Shown here: positions 19,060 through 26,736 of the stretch, piece after piece
How the letters are laid out: each line of letters begins with the position of its first letter
Numbering within the stretch: position 1 is the stretch's first letter
From: an uncultured Chthonomonadaceae bacterium
GTDB taxonomy: Bacteria; Armatimonadota; Chthonomonadetes; Chthonomonadales; Chthonomonadaceae
Assembly (NCBI GenBank): GCA_963835065.1
Contig: CAWIEK010000070.1
Location: forward strand, 1 to 35,386
Length of the DNA stretch: 35,386 bases
Direction of reading: 5' to 3'
The notes under the pieces: model-generated
Seen by the model: the letters and a program-made list of their open reading frames with translations, nothing else
Databases searched by the model: none
Told to the model about the DNA's origin: nothing
Position numbers and translations under genes: made by a program

Positions 19060-19944
19060 ATGGTGCAATGTTCCCGGTGTCGAAACCAGGTGGATGAAAC
19101 CACGCGCAAAACGTGTCCCACTTGTCTGACCCCACTTCCCATGCCAAAGGCGCAGGCGTCGGCATCTCCTGCATCCACGCCGACAGTGGCGTCGCCTTCC
19201 GCCACTCCGAGCGCGATTCCGGTTGCGGTTCCAAAATCGCAGCCGCCGCCCGCGCAAGGCGGGTACGCCGGAGCCAATCCCGCGCCCGGCTACGCGCCTG
19301 TCATGCCACAAAACGCGCCGCCCGCTCCCGGCTATGCGCCACAGCCGGGGTACGGCGGTACTCCCGCTCCCGGTTATGCGCCCACTCCGGGCTACGCGCC
19401 GCAGGCAAACGCGGGTTACGCCCCACAGCCGGGCGCGGGCCTCCCGCCCTATCCCGGCGCGCAACAGGGAGCCGGATTGCCGCCCTATCCCGGCGCGACT
19501 CCCGCGCCGAATGGCTATGTGCCGCAGGCGTATGGAAACCGGCAACCCATGCCTTCCGCGCCCGCCAAACCTGCCAAATCGTCCGGCGGTTCCGGCTTCG
19601 GCACAACCTTCCCGTGGTGGCGGCTTTGCTTTGTTGTTTCCGCCATCGGGCGCGGCGTGTATTGGGGTACGCACTCCCATCAAACTACAACGTCATCTTA
19701 CACGCCCACCACAACGAACATCGGCATACAAACGCCCGCCCCGGCCTACAACCCGCCGACGTATGCGCGCCCAGCTTACACGCCAACGTATGCGCCGCAA
19801 ATGTATACGCCGCCAACGCCCTCCTACCGGATCACGCCGCCAACTTTTTCCAGCGGCCCGTATGGTGGTTACGGCGCCTCCCACTTCACGCCGCCTCCCA
19901 TGCCGACCCCGCATTTCGGCCCCGGCCCCCGGTTCGGACGGTAG
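19060..19944 (+). CDS. Zinc ribbon + Pro/Gly/Tyr-repeat membrane protein
   Basis: AGGAGG RBS; CSRC..CPTC N-terminus paralogous to the 18005 gene; repeated PGYAP. Confidence 0.8.
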   Translation: MVQCSRCRNQVDETTRKTCPTCLTPLPMPKAQASASPASTPTVASPSATPSAIPVAVPKSQPPPAQGGYAGANPAPGYAPVMPQNAPPAPGYAPQPGYGGTPAPGYAPTPGYAPQANAGYAPQPGAGLPPYPGAQQGAGLPPYPGATPAPNGYVPQAYGNRQPMPSAPAKPAKSSGGSGFGTTFPWWRLCFVVSAIGRGVYWGTHSHQTTTSSYTPTTTNIGIQTPAPAYNPPTYARPAYTPTYAPQMYTPPTPSYRITPPTFSSGPYGGYGASHFTPPPMPTPHFGPGPRFGR

Positions 19945-19945
19945 C

Positions 19946-20120
19946 AGGGAAGAGGGGGAGAAGAGGAGAGGGGGAGACAAGGAGATAGTGATGAGAGCTG
20001 AGTGATGAGCAGGCATTTGATTTATCATTCATCATTCCGTGTTCAGCATCGTATTCTGTCTCCCCTTCTCCTTTTTTCCCCTTCTCCCTGTCTCCTCTTC
20101 TCCCCCTCTTCCTTTCTGTC
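19946..20120. repeat. Nested inverted arrays of purine-rich 8-mers and ATGA-type 7-mers
   Basis: GGGGAGA(C/A)A-type units at 19946-19985 versus TGTCTCCCC-type units at 20057-20120; inner gtgatgag / tcattcatcatt. Confidence 0.75.
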
Positions 20121-20251
20121 TAGTGCCTGCGGCCCCGCGCCTCCCTACCCGTAGGGATTCGCAAAAGGGGCGAAAACAGGCAGCAAAGCGCTATAATTCC
20201 CAACAAACGCAAAAAAATTAGAAATAATTGTTAAAAATACCCCTGAAACGC

Positions 20252-20280
20252 TTGCGTCCGACTCGCAAATCTGCTAAACT
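20252..20280 (+). promoter_or_regulatory. Sigma70-type promoter of yggS-sepF-proC
   Basis: TTGCGT-17 nt-(TGc)TAAACT. Confidence 0.6.
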
Positions 20281-20422
20281 GTTACACAATCTACACATCT
20301 AGGGCAAGAGTTGGATTCCGAGTCTAGTTGTAGACTCGCGTGAGGCGCGAAATCTTTCCCGGCGACACTTTATTTTGCGGGAAGGTTGCATCGGTTCCAC
20401 GCTTGCAGTACGCGGCTTGCTT

Positions 20423-21124
20423 ATGGAGGATACCAACGGTTCGGGAGAAATTGCGGCCAACATCGCGGCCATACGACAGCGCATGGCGAACGCCTGCGAA
20501 CGCGCCCATCGCGCGCCGGAAGCGGTGACGCTGATCGCTGTCACCAAGACGCAGCCCCCCGAACGGATTGTGGAAGCGTATCAGGCCGGGGCGCGTCACT
20601 TCGGCGAGAACTACGTGCAGGAAGCCTTGAGTAAGCGCCAAAATCCCGCTCTGGAATGGCCGGACGCTATCTGGCATTTCATCGGGCATTTGCAAAGCAA
20701 CAAAGCCCGTGACGTTGTAAGCCGTTTTCATATTATTGAGAGCATTGACTCGGTTTCTCTGGCGCGCGAAGCCGCGCGCCGGGCCGTACAGCAAGGGATT
20801 GTCACGCCCGTGCTGCTGGAAGTGAAACTGGACCCGATACCGGCCAAGTTCGGCATTGCGCCTGACCGCGTTCTGGAAGCCGTCGGCATGGTACGCGAAA
20901 TGGAAGGTTTGGAACTGCGCGGATTGATGGGCATGGCTCCGTTCGGCCTGGACGCCGAACAGGTACGGCCTTATTTTCAGCAGATGCAAAGTTTGTACGC
21001 GCAGTTGCCTGCGGAATGCCAGCAAATGTTGTCTATGGGCATGACAGGTGATTTTGAAACCGCCATCGAAGAAGGCGCAACCCATGTTCGCATCGGCACG
21101 GCGATCTTTGGGCAGAGAGCATAG
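20423..21124 (+). CDS. yggS: Pyridoxal phosphate homeostasis protein (YggS/PLPBP)
   Basis: [54 protein letters not shown]; start approximate. Confidence 0.97.
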   Translation: MEDTNGSGEIAANIAAIRQRMANACERAHRAPEAVTLIAVTKTQPPERIVEAYQAGARHFGENYVQEALSKRQNPALEWPDAIWHFIGHLQSNKARDVVSRFHIIESIDSVSLAREAARRAVQQGIVTPVLLEVKLDPIPAKFGIAPDRVLEAVGMVREMEGLELRGLMGMAPFGLDAEQVRPYFQQMQSLYAQLPAECQQMLSMGMTGDFETAIEEGATHVRIGTAIFGQRA

Positions 21125-21125
21125 A

Positions 21126-21241
21126 GTGGTTGGTGGCTGGTGATTGGTGGTTGGTCAACTGTCTGTGTCTACTCTTATCTGATAAAAACGCACAAAGTTT
21201 CCAATGTGGCAGCCAATCACCAATCACCAGCCACCAATCAC
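21126..21241. repeat. Inverted pair of heptamer repeats (TGGTGGT/TGGTGAT)n / (CCAATCA)n
   Basis: 21126-21155 and 21211-21241; same unit family as 9191-9267. Confidence 0.85.
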
Positions 21242-21262
21242 AAAAACAAGGGAGGAAACAAA

Positions 21263-21763
21263 ACGGTAAATCCACAACCTATTCCCGAAGAATACGAACA
21301 CGAGCGGCCCAGCCTCTGGACGCGCATTAAAAACGGGCTTCTTGGCACGGAAGACCCTGAAGAAGACGAAGTGGACGCGCCGACTGCCGGGCACGTGGAC
21401 GCCGGTCCACAGGCGCGGAAACAGCAGGCTCCCCTGCGGCTGCAAACGGCGCGCGCCGGGTGCGTGGCCGTGCGGCTGAACGCGCAGGTCTTCGAGGACG
21501 CCAAAACCGCTGCGGACGGCCTGAAAGCCGGGGAGCATCAGATCGTCAATCTGGAGCGCGCGACCCCGCAAATGGGCGAACGTATCATTGACTTTCTCAA
21601 CGGCGTCTGCTACGCGCTGGATGGCACGGTAGAACGGGTGGGCGAGAAGGTTTATATGTTCGTGCCGGCGAATGTAGTCGTGGAAGTGGACAACGGAGCC
21701 ACCGCCGCCAACGCCGCCGCAGGCCGTCACGCCATGGCCTACAGCGATGGACGCAGCGACTGA
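21263..21763 (+). CDS. sepF: Cell division protein SepF (start codon uncertain)
   Basis: FEDAKTAADGLK, IVNLE, RIIDFLNGVCYALDGTVERVG..MFVPANV; GGAGG at 21251 precedes in-frame ACG. Confidence 0.92.
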   Translation, partial: TVNPQPIPEEYEHERPSLWTRIKNGLLGTEDPEEDEVDAPTAGHVDAGPQARKQQAPLRLQTARAGCVAVRLNAQVFEDAKTAADGLKAGEHQIVNLERATPQMGERIIDFLNGVCYALDGTVERVGEKVYMFVPANVVVEVDNGATAANAAAGRHAMAYSDGRSD

Positions 21764-21765
21764 GT

Positions 21766-21878
21766 AGGCATCAGGCATTAGATATTAGATATTAGGCATT
21801 AGTAGAGAAGTCAGAAGACAGAAGACAGAAGCCCAATACCTGACACCTAACACCATAGAACCCTAAAACCCTAAACCC
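21766..21878 (+). repeat. Mosaic of heptamer repeats (ATTAGAT, AGAAGAC, ACCTGAC, ACCCTAA)
   Basis: Fills the sepF-proC spacer. Confidence 0.8.
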
Positions 21879-22823
21879 ATGTCTCGAAGACCGCCTGAGA
21901 AAACCGAACCGCAGGACGACGAACAGGAAACCTCCGCTCCTGAAACCCCGTCCACCGCAGCCGCTCCGCCGGCGGCAGGCGGGGATGCGCCTGTTTCCCT
22001 GCTGCAAAACAAGCGTATCGGTATCATTGGCGCGGGCGCGATGGGCAGCGCCTTGTGTCGCGGACTGATTAACGCCAACGCCGCCGATCCACGCCGCATT
22101 GTCGTCAGTGACGTTCACGCCGACCATGTGCAGAGCCTGCATACGGCTTTGGGCATCAAGGTTGCCGACAACAACGCTCAAATTGGCAAGTATACCGACA
22201 TTATCATTCTTGCCGTGAAACCCAACACCGTCGCGCTTGTGCTGGACGAAATTGCCGACTCGCTGAAACGGGATGGCGGCAAGCCCCTGCCTCTTCTGGT
22301 TTGTATCGCGGCGGGCGTCCACCTTTCCAAAATCGAATCACGCCTCAAAGACCCCGTTCCCGTTGTTCGCGCTATGCCCAACACGCCCGCTCAGGTTGGC
22401 CTGGGCGCATGCGCGTATTGCGCCGGAACCCACGCCGAAGACATTCACAAGGAACAGGCGGCGGAGATTTTCCGATCCGTCGGCAACGCGGTGGAAGTGC
22501 CCGAATCCATGATGGACGCCGTGACCGCGCTTTCCGGCTCCGGCCCCGCGTATGTGTATCTGATGATTGAAGCCCTCGTGGACGGCGGCATCAAAGTGGG
22601 CCTGCCCCGCGACGTAGCCTACAAACTCGCCGCCCAAACCGTACTCGGCGCGGCGCAAATGGTCATCCAAACCGGCCTGCATCCCGCCCAACTCCGCGAC
22701 ATGGTAACAACCCCGGCGGGAACCACGATTGAAGCCATCGCCTCCCTCGAACACTCCGGCGTCCGCGCCGCCCTCATTGACGCCGTAGAAGTCGCCACCC
22801 AACGCTCCCGCGAACTCGCCTGA
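21879..22823 (+). CDS. proC: Pyrroline-5-carboxylate reductase
   Basis: IGIIGAGAMG, LAVKP, RAMPNTP, TALSGSGPAY, VTTPAGTT. Confidence 0.97.
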   Translation: MSRRPPEKTEPQDDEQETSAPETPSTAAAPPAAGGDAPVSLLQNKRIGIIGAGAMGSALCRGLINANAADPRRIVVSDVHADHVQSLHTALGIKVADNNAQIGKYTDIIILAVKPNTVALVLDEIADSLKRDGGKPLPLLVCIAAGVHLSKIESRLKDPVPVVRAMPNTPAQVGLGACAYCAGTHAEDIHKEQAAEIFRSVGNAVEVPESMMDAVTALSGSGPAYVYLMIEALVDGGIKVGLPRDVAYKLAAQTVLGAAQMVIQTGLHPAQLRDMVTTPAGTTIEAIASLEHSGVRAALIDAVEVATQRSRELA

Positions 22824-22862
22824 TTTCTTTCCCGCCTGCTTTTCCCAATATGAATTTTTGCT

Positions 22863-22890
22863 TTGCTCTCAGTTCAAGCCGTGCTATAAT
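22863..22890 (+). promoter_or_regulatory. Promoter of the TA operon
   Basis: TTGCTC-16 nt-(TGc)TATAAT. Confidence 0.6.
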
Positions 22891-22919
22891 AGAAACACAT
22901 CATTAGGGAGGCAGAGAAC

Positions 22920-23204
22920 ATGGCACAAGCGAAAGAACACATTGTAGCAGGCACTGCAAGAGAAATTGCAGATTATCTGCAATCGGGCAGTTTCGGTGAC
23001 AAACAACTTCAGTTGATTGTTCCTACTGCGGAAGACAGGAACGACACCCAAAATTTGTCTGTCACCTTCCACAATCAGGCGCAACTGGAAGCATTGCTGC
23101 TGCAAGGCATCGAAAGCGGCGATTCTACTCCCATGACGGATCAAGATTGGGAAGACATTCGGCAGGAAGTACGCGCGCGGGCAGCGCAACGCAATGGAAA
23201 GTGA
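22920..23204 (+). CDS. ParD-like antitoxin
   Basis: C-terminal LEALLLQGIESGDSTPMTDQDWEDIR; directly upstream of a ParE-like gene. Confidence 0.8.
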   Translation: MAQAKEHIVAGTAREIADYLQSGSFGDKQLQLIVPTAEDRNDTQNLSVTFHNQAQLEALLLQGIESGDSTPMTDQDWEDIRQEVRARAAQRNGK

Positions 23205-23210
23205 CAGCCG

Positions 23211-23546
23211 ATGCGCGACATAATCCGTAAGCCGGAAGCACAACGCGACTTAATTGAGATTGCGGACTATATCGCTAAAGGAAGCATGAATGCTTCCGAC
23301 CGGTTTCTACAAGCTACGGAACAAGCTTTCAAGCAATTGGCTGATATGCCCGGTATAGGAGCTATCCGAGAATATAACAATCCTACATTTATTGGCATGA
23401 GAATGTGGCCGGTTCCCGGTTTTGAGCGCTACTTGATCTTCTATCGGGCGACAGCAGAACGTCTGGATGTACTTCGCGTCCTACATGGAGCGCGAGACCT
23501 CCACGCCATATTTGCGCCCGATGAAGACGAAGATGAGGAAGAATAG
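23211..23546 (+). CDS. Type II toxin, RelE/ParE family
   Basis: PEAQRDLIEIADYIA, LADMPGIG, YLIFYR, VLRVLHGARD. Confidence 0.93.
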   Translation: MRDIIRKPEAQRDLIEIADYIAKGSMNASDRFLQATEQAFKQLADMPGIGAIREYNNPTFIGMRMWPVPGFERYLIFYRATAERLDVLRVLHGARDLHAIFAPDEDEDEEE

Positions 23547-23552
23547 CCCCTC

Positions 23553-24494
23553 TTACTTGGTCAGCAGTCCCAAATCCGCCATCCATTCCTGAAAGCGGAT
23601 ATGCCATGTGCCGAACGGAATTCCCTTGCGCGGATTGATTGCGCCACCGTGTCCGCCGTGACTGTAGATGTGCAGGTCGGCGGGAACCCCGGCGCGAAAC
23701 AGCGAGTCGTAGAATTCAACGGTTTCTTTGGCGTGAAAAGCGTCGTCCTTGCCCGCGCTTGTCAGAAAGGCAGGAGCCGCGTCTTTGGGAGCCGTAATGT
23801 CCATCGGCGCCCAACCTGCGTAGACCAGCCCGACGAAATCCGGTCGGGAGGACTGTTGATCAATGGGGTCAGGCGCGCTTGGATTGCCTTTATCAAAGCG
23901 AATATCCGCCAGAGCCGCCAGCGCGCCACCCGCCGAAAATCCCAAAATGCCGATCTTGTCCGGCTTGATGTTCCACTCTTTGGCGCGGGCGCGGACAATG
24001 CGCAGGGCGCGCTGCGTGTCCTGCAACGCTTCCCCCTGTACCGTATAATGGTAATTGGGCGTCTTTTCCAGCCGGTACTTCAAAATGAACGCGGACACGC
24101 CAATGCTGTTGAGCCAGCGCGCGATGTCCGTTCCCTCCGAACCCCACACCAGTTGCTCATGCCCGCCACCCGGCGCGACAATGATGGCGGTTCCCGTCGC
24201 CTTGTCAGCGGGAGCCAGGTGTACCTCAATGGAGGGCGTATGCACGTTGCGAATGGAGTTGATGCGCTGTCCCGGCTGCGCATCGGCAGGCGAAAGCAGT
24301 TCCTTCTCGTTCGCCCCTTGCAGCGTCGGCGACCCGGCAGGCCACAAATTTACCACTTGCGGTGTCGCGTCTTCATTGGTCTGCGCGTTCGCTTTCATCG
24401 GCAACAATGCCAATGTCAACAGCGCACCTAACACAGCCGCCATTACCGTTCTACGCCCAATCTTCTGCTTGATGCGATTGCTTGCTCGATACAT
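23553..24494 (-). CDS. Secreted alpha/beta hydrolase (carbohydrate esterase-like)
   Basis: ATG 24494 with AAGGAG RBS; APGGGH, GFSAGG nucleophile elbow, GGHG. Confidence 0.9.
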   Translation of the reverse strand: MYRASNRIKQKIGRRTVMAAVLGALLTLALLPMKANAQTNEDATPQVVNLWPAGSPTLQGANEKELLSPADAQPGQRINSIRNVHTPSIEVHLAPADKATGTAIIVAPGGGHEQLVWGSEGTDIARWLNSIGVSAFILKYRLEKTPNYHYTVQGEALQDTQRALRIVRARAKEWNIKPDKIGILGFSAGGALAALADIRFDKGNPSAPDPIDQQSSRPDFVGLVYAGWAPMDITAPKDAAPAFLTSAGKDDAFHAKETVEFYDSLFRAGVPADLHIYSHGGHGGAINPRKGIPFGTWHIRFQEWMADLGLLTK

Positions 24495-24510
24495 GGCTTT
24501 CTCTCCTTTG

Positions 24511-25065
24511 TTATGCCAGTTCCCGAATAACGCGGCAGGGATTGCCGACGGCGACCACGTTGGCGGGAATGTCTTTCGTGACGACGCTGCCCGCGCCGAT
24601 GGTTGTGTTTGCTCCAATGGTCACGCCGGGGCAGACAATCACGCCCCCGCCCATCCATACGCGGTCTCCGATGGTGATGGGCGCGGCGAGTTCCGGCCCG
24701 GCAATGCGCGTCAGGGCATCAATAGGATGATAAGCGGCGTAAAGCTGCACGGACGGCCCGAACTTCACGTCATTGCCGATACGAACCGGCGCGCAATCGA
24801 GAATAACGCACCCGAAATTCACATAAAACCGTTCCCCGGCCTGAATGTTGTCGCCATAATCGCAGCGAAACGGTGGCTCGATAAACGCTCCATTCCCCAT
24901 ACTCCCGAACAATTCCTCCAAAAGTTGCAAGCGTTCGGCTTCCTCTTCTTCCGTTATGGCGTTGTACAGGCGCGTCAGGCGGCGGGCGCGCTGGCGTCCC
25001 TGCGTTAATTCCGGGTCGGACGCGAGATACAGTTCTCCCGCCAGCATCTTTTCGCGTTCCGTCAT
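24511..25065 (-). CDS. maa: Sugar (maltose) O-acetyltransferase
   Basis: MTEREKMLAGELY, IEPPFRCDYGDNI, hexapeptide repeats, VGNPCRVIREL. Confidence 0.93.
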   Translation of the reverse strand: MTEREKMLAGELYLASDPELTQGRQRARRLTRLYNAITEEEEAERLQLLEELFGSMGNGAFIEPPFRCDYGDNIQAGERFYVNFGCVILDCAPVRIGNDVKFGPSVQLYAAYHPIDALTRIAGPELAAPITIGDRVWMGGGVIVCPGVTIGANTTIGAGSVVTKDIPANVVAVGNPCRVIRELA

Positions 25066-25244
25066 GGCGTTGCTTTCCCTGGAGTCAACTCGAAGTGAGA
25101 GTGAAAGTGGAGAGTGAGAGTAAAACATGAGCGCATTACTTCCTCTGGAATCCACTTCAGAGACGAATTGCCGCTGTGACACGTTTAGAAAGTATCTTCA
25201 GAATATTACATCAAACCCTTGCGGCCACTATTTAGGAGTTAGAA

Positions 25245-26588
25245 ATGCGTTTGCGCCTTATAGTTCTACGCTTGATCGTTTTATCCTTTGTTTTCTTTTG
25301 TATTTCTGCCGTTGCCGCGCCGCCGGGTAAGAATAAGCCCAAGCCCGTGCTGCGGCAGGGGCGCGACATTCTGGTTTTGGAAGGCGCGTGGCAGTCGCTG
25401 AAGGAGATGGGCGACAAAGGAATAGCGAACGGCTGGCAAAACGACGTTCCCAAAGAAGCCGCGCAAACGTTCGTACCCTCTCTGGAAGACCCGACTGCGG
25501 AGCGTTCGGGCAAACCGGCGACATGGTACTGGAAACGCTTCGATGTTGCGGAAGCGTGGAAGGGGCAGACCTTGCGCCTGCGCTTCGGCGCGGTTGCCGA
25601 GTCCGCGCAAGTGTGGCTGAACGGGCAGAAATTGGGCGAGCATAGCGGGGGCGCGACGCCGTTTGAGTTTACCGCGACACAGGAAGCGCATGTCGGCGCA
25701 AGCAACCTGCTTGCCCTGCGCGTTGTCGGGGGCAAATGGGGAACGGGAATCTGGCAGGGCGTGCTGCTGCTGGCGCACGATGAAGCCTATCTTGGCGACT
25801 GCCTGCCGCAAACCGATGCCGTAGGACACGTCACCGCCGCGCTTGATTTATGGAACACCTCCAAAGTGGAAGGGGATGCCACGCTGGACGCCCGCATTGT
25901 GGCCGCGAAAATGCCGGAACGCGCCCTGCAAAAAACCCACCAGAACCTGCATGTCACGCCGGGACGCAATACCACCACCGTCTTGATAACGCTTGGCAAC
26001 AAACTGCGCGAAGCCTGGACACCCGACGCGCCCATCCTGTACCTGCTCCAATTCGGCTTTCGGCAGGACAAGGACATACTGGACACAACCGAAATCCCGT
26101 TCGGCTTCCGCGAATGGGGCTACAGCAACGGAAAGATCACGCTCAACGGCAGCCCGGTCACGCTCAAGTCGCTTGCGCCCGCCCCGTCGCGCCCGCCCGT
26201 TGTCGCTACGGTAGACGATGCCGCCAAACTGCGCGCGTCCCTGCACCGCTTGAAAGCAAACGGCGTCACGGTTCTTTATACCCAGGCGCCCCCGCCTGCG
26301 CTATTGCAATTGGCCGATGAGGAAGGTTTGCTTGTCATCGAAGGCGCGCGAACCGGGCAAACCGCGCAGGCCGCCGGTGACGAACTCCGCGCCCTGATCG
26401 TCCGTGACCGCGCCCACCCCTGCCTTCTCGCCTGGAACCTGCCCGACGCCAACCCCGACACCCTTGCCGCCCTGCGTACTCTCGACCCGACCCGGTTCCT
26501 GCTTGCCGGCGCAGGCGCTGCCGCCCAACTCTGGCCGCCCAACCGCGCCGAACCCGTTCCCACGCTGCCCCCCGGTCTGCTGCCATAA
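25245..26588 (+). CDS. GH2-like protein (sugar-binding + Ig-like domains, truncated TIM barrel)
   Basis: Signal peptide; LRFGAV..AQVWLNG..LGEHSGGATPFEF; FGFRE; RDRAHPCLLAW. Confidence 0.85.
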   Translation: MRLRLIVLRLIVLSFVFFCISAVAAPPGKNKPKPVLRQGRDILVLEGAWQSLKEMGDKGIANGWQNDVPKEAAQTFVPSLEDPTAERSGKPATWYWKRFDVAEAWKGQTLRLRFGAVAESAQVWLNGQKLGEHSGGATPFEFTATQEAHVGASNLLALRVVGGKWGTGIWQGVLLLAHDEAYLGDCLPQTDAVGHVTAALDLWNTSKVEGDATLDARIVAAKMPERALQKTHQNLHVTPGRNTTTVLITLGNKLREAWTPDAPILYLLQFGFRQDKDILDTTEIPFGFREWGYSNGKITLNGSPVTLKSLAPAPSRPPVVATVDDAAKLRASLHRLKANGVTVLYTQAPPPALLQLADEEGLLVIEGARTGQTAQAAGDELRALIVRDRAHPCLLAWNLPDANPDTLAALRTLDPTRFLLAGAGAAAQLWPPNRAEPVPTLPPGLLP

Positions 26589-26671
26589 GGCAAAATTTAC
26601 TGCGCAATACCACCCAAACAGGAAATACGCCGAACGAAGTTGTCACTCCTTCCGGCGTATCCAGTTCGGAA

Positions 26672-26735
26672 ATGAATGATGAATGATGAATTGGGATTGT
26701 GTATTACATTCATCACTCATCACTCATGCTTCATC
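26672..26735. repeat. Inverted heptamer pair (ATGAATG)n / (CATCACT)n between convergent genes
   Basis: 26672-26692 and 26707-26735. Confidence 0.8.
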
Positions 26736-26736
26736 C

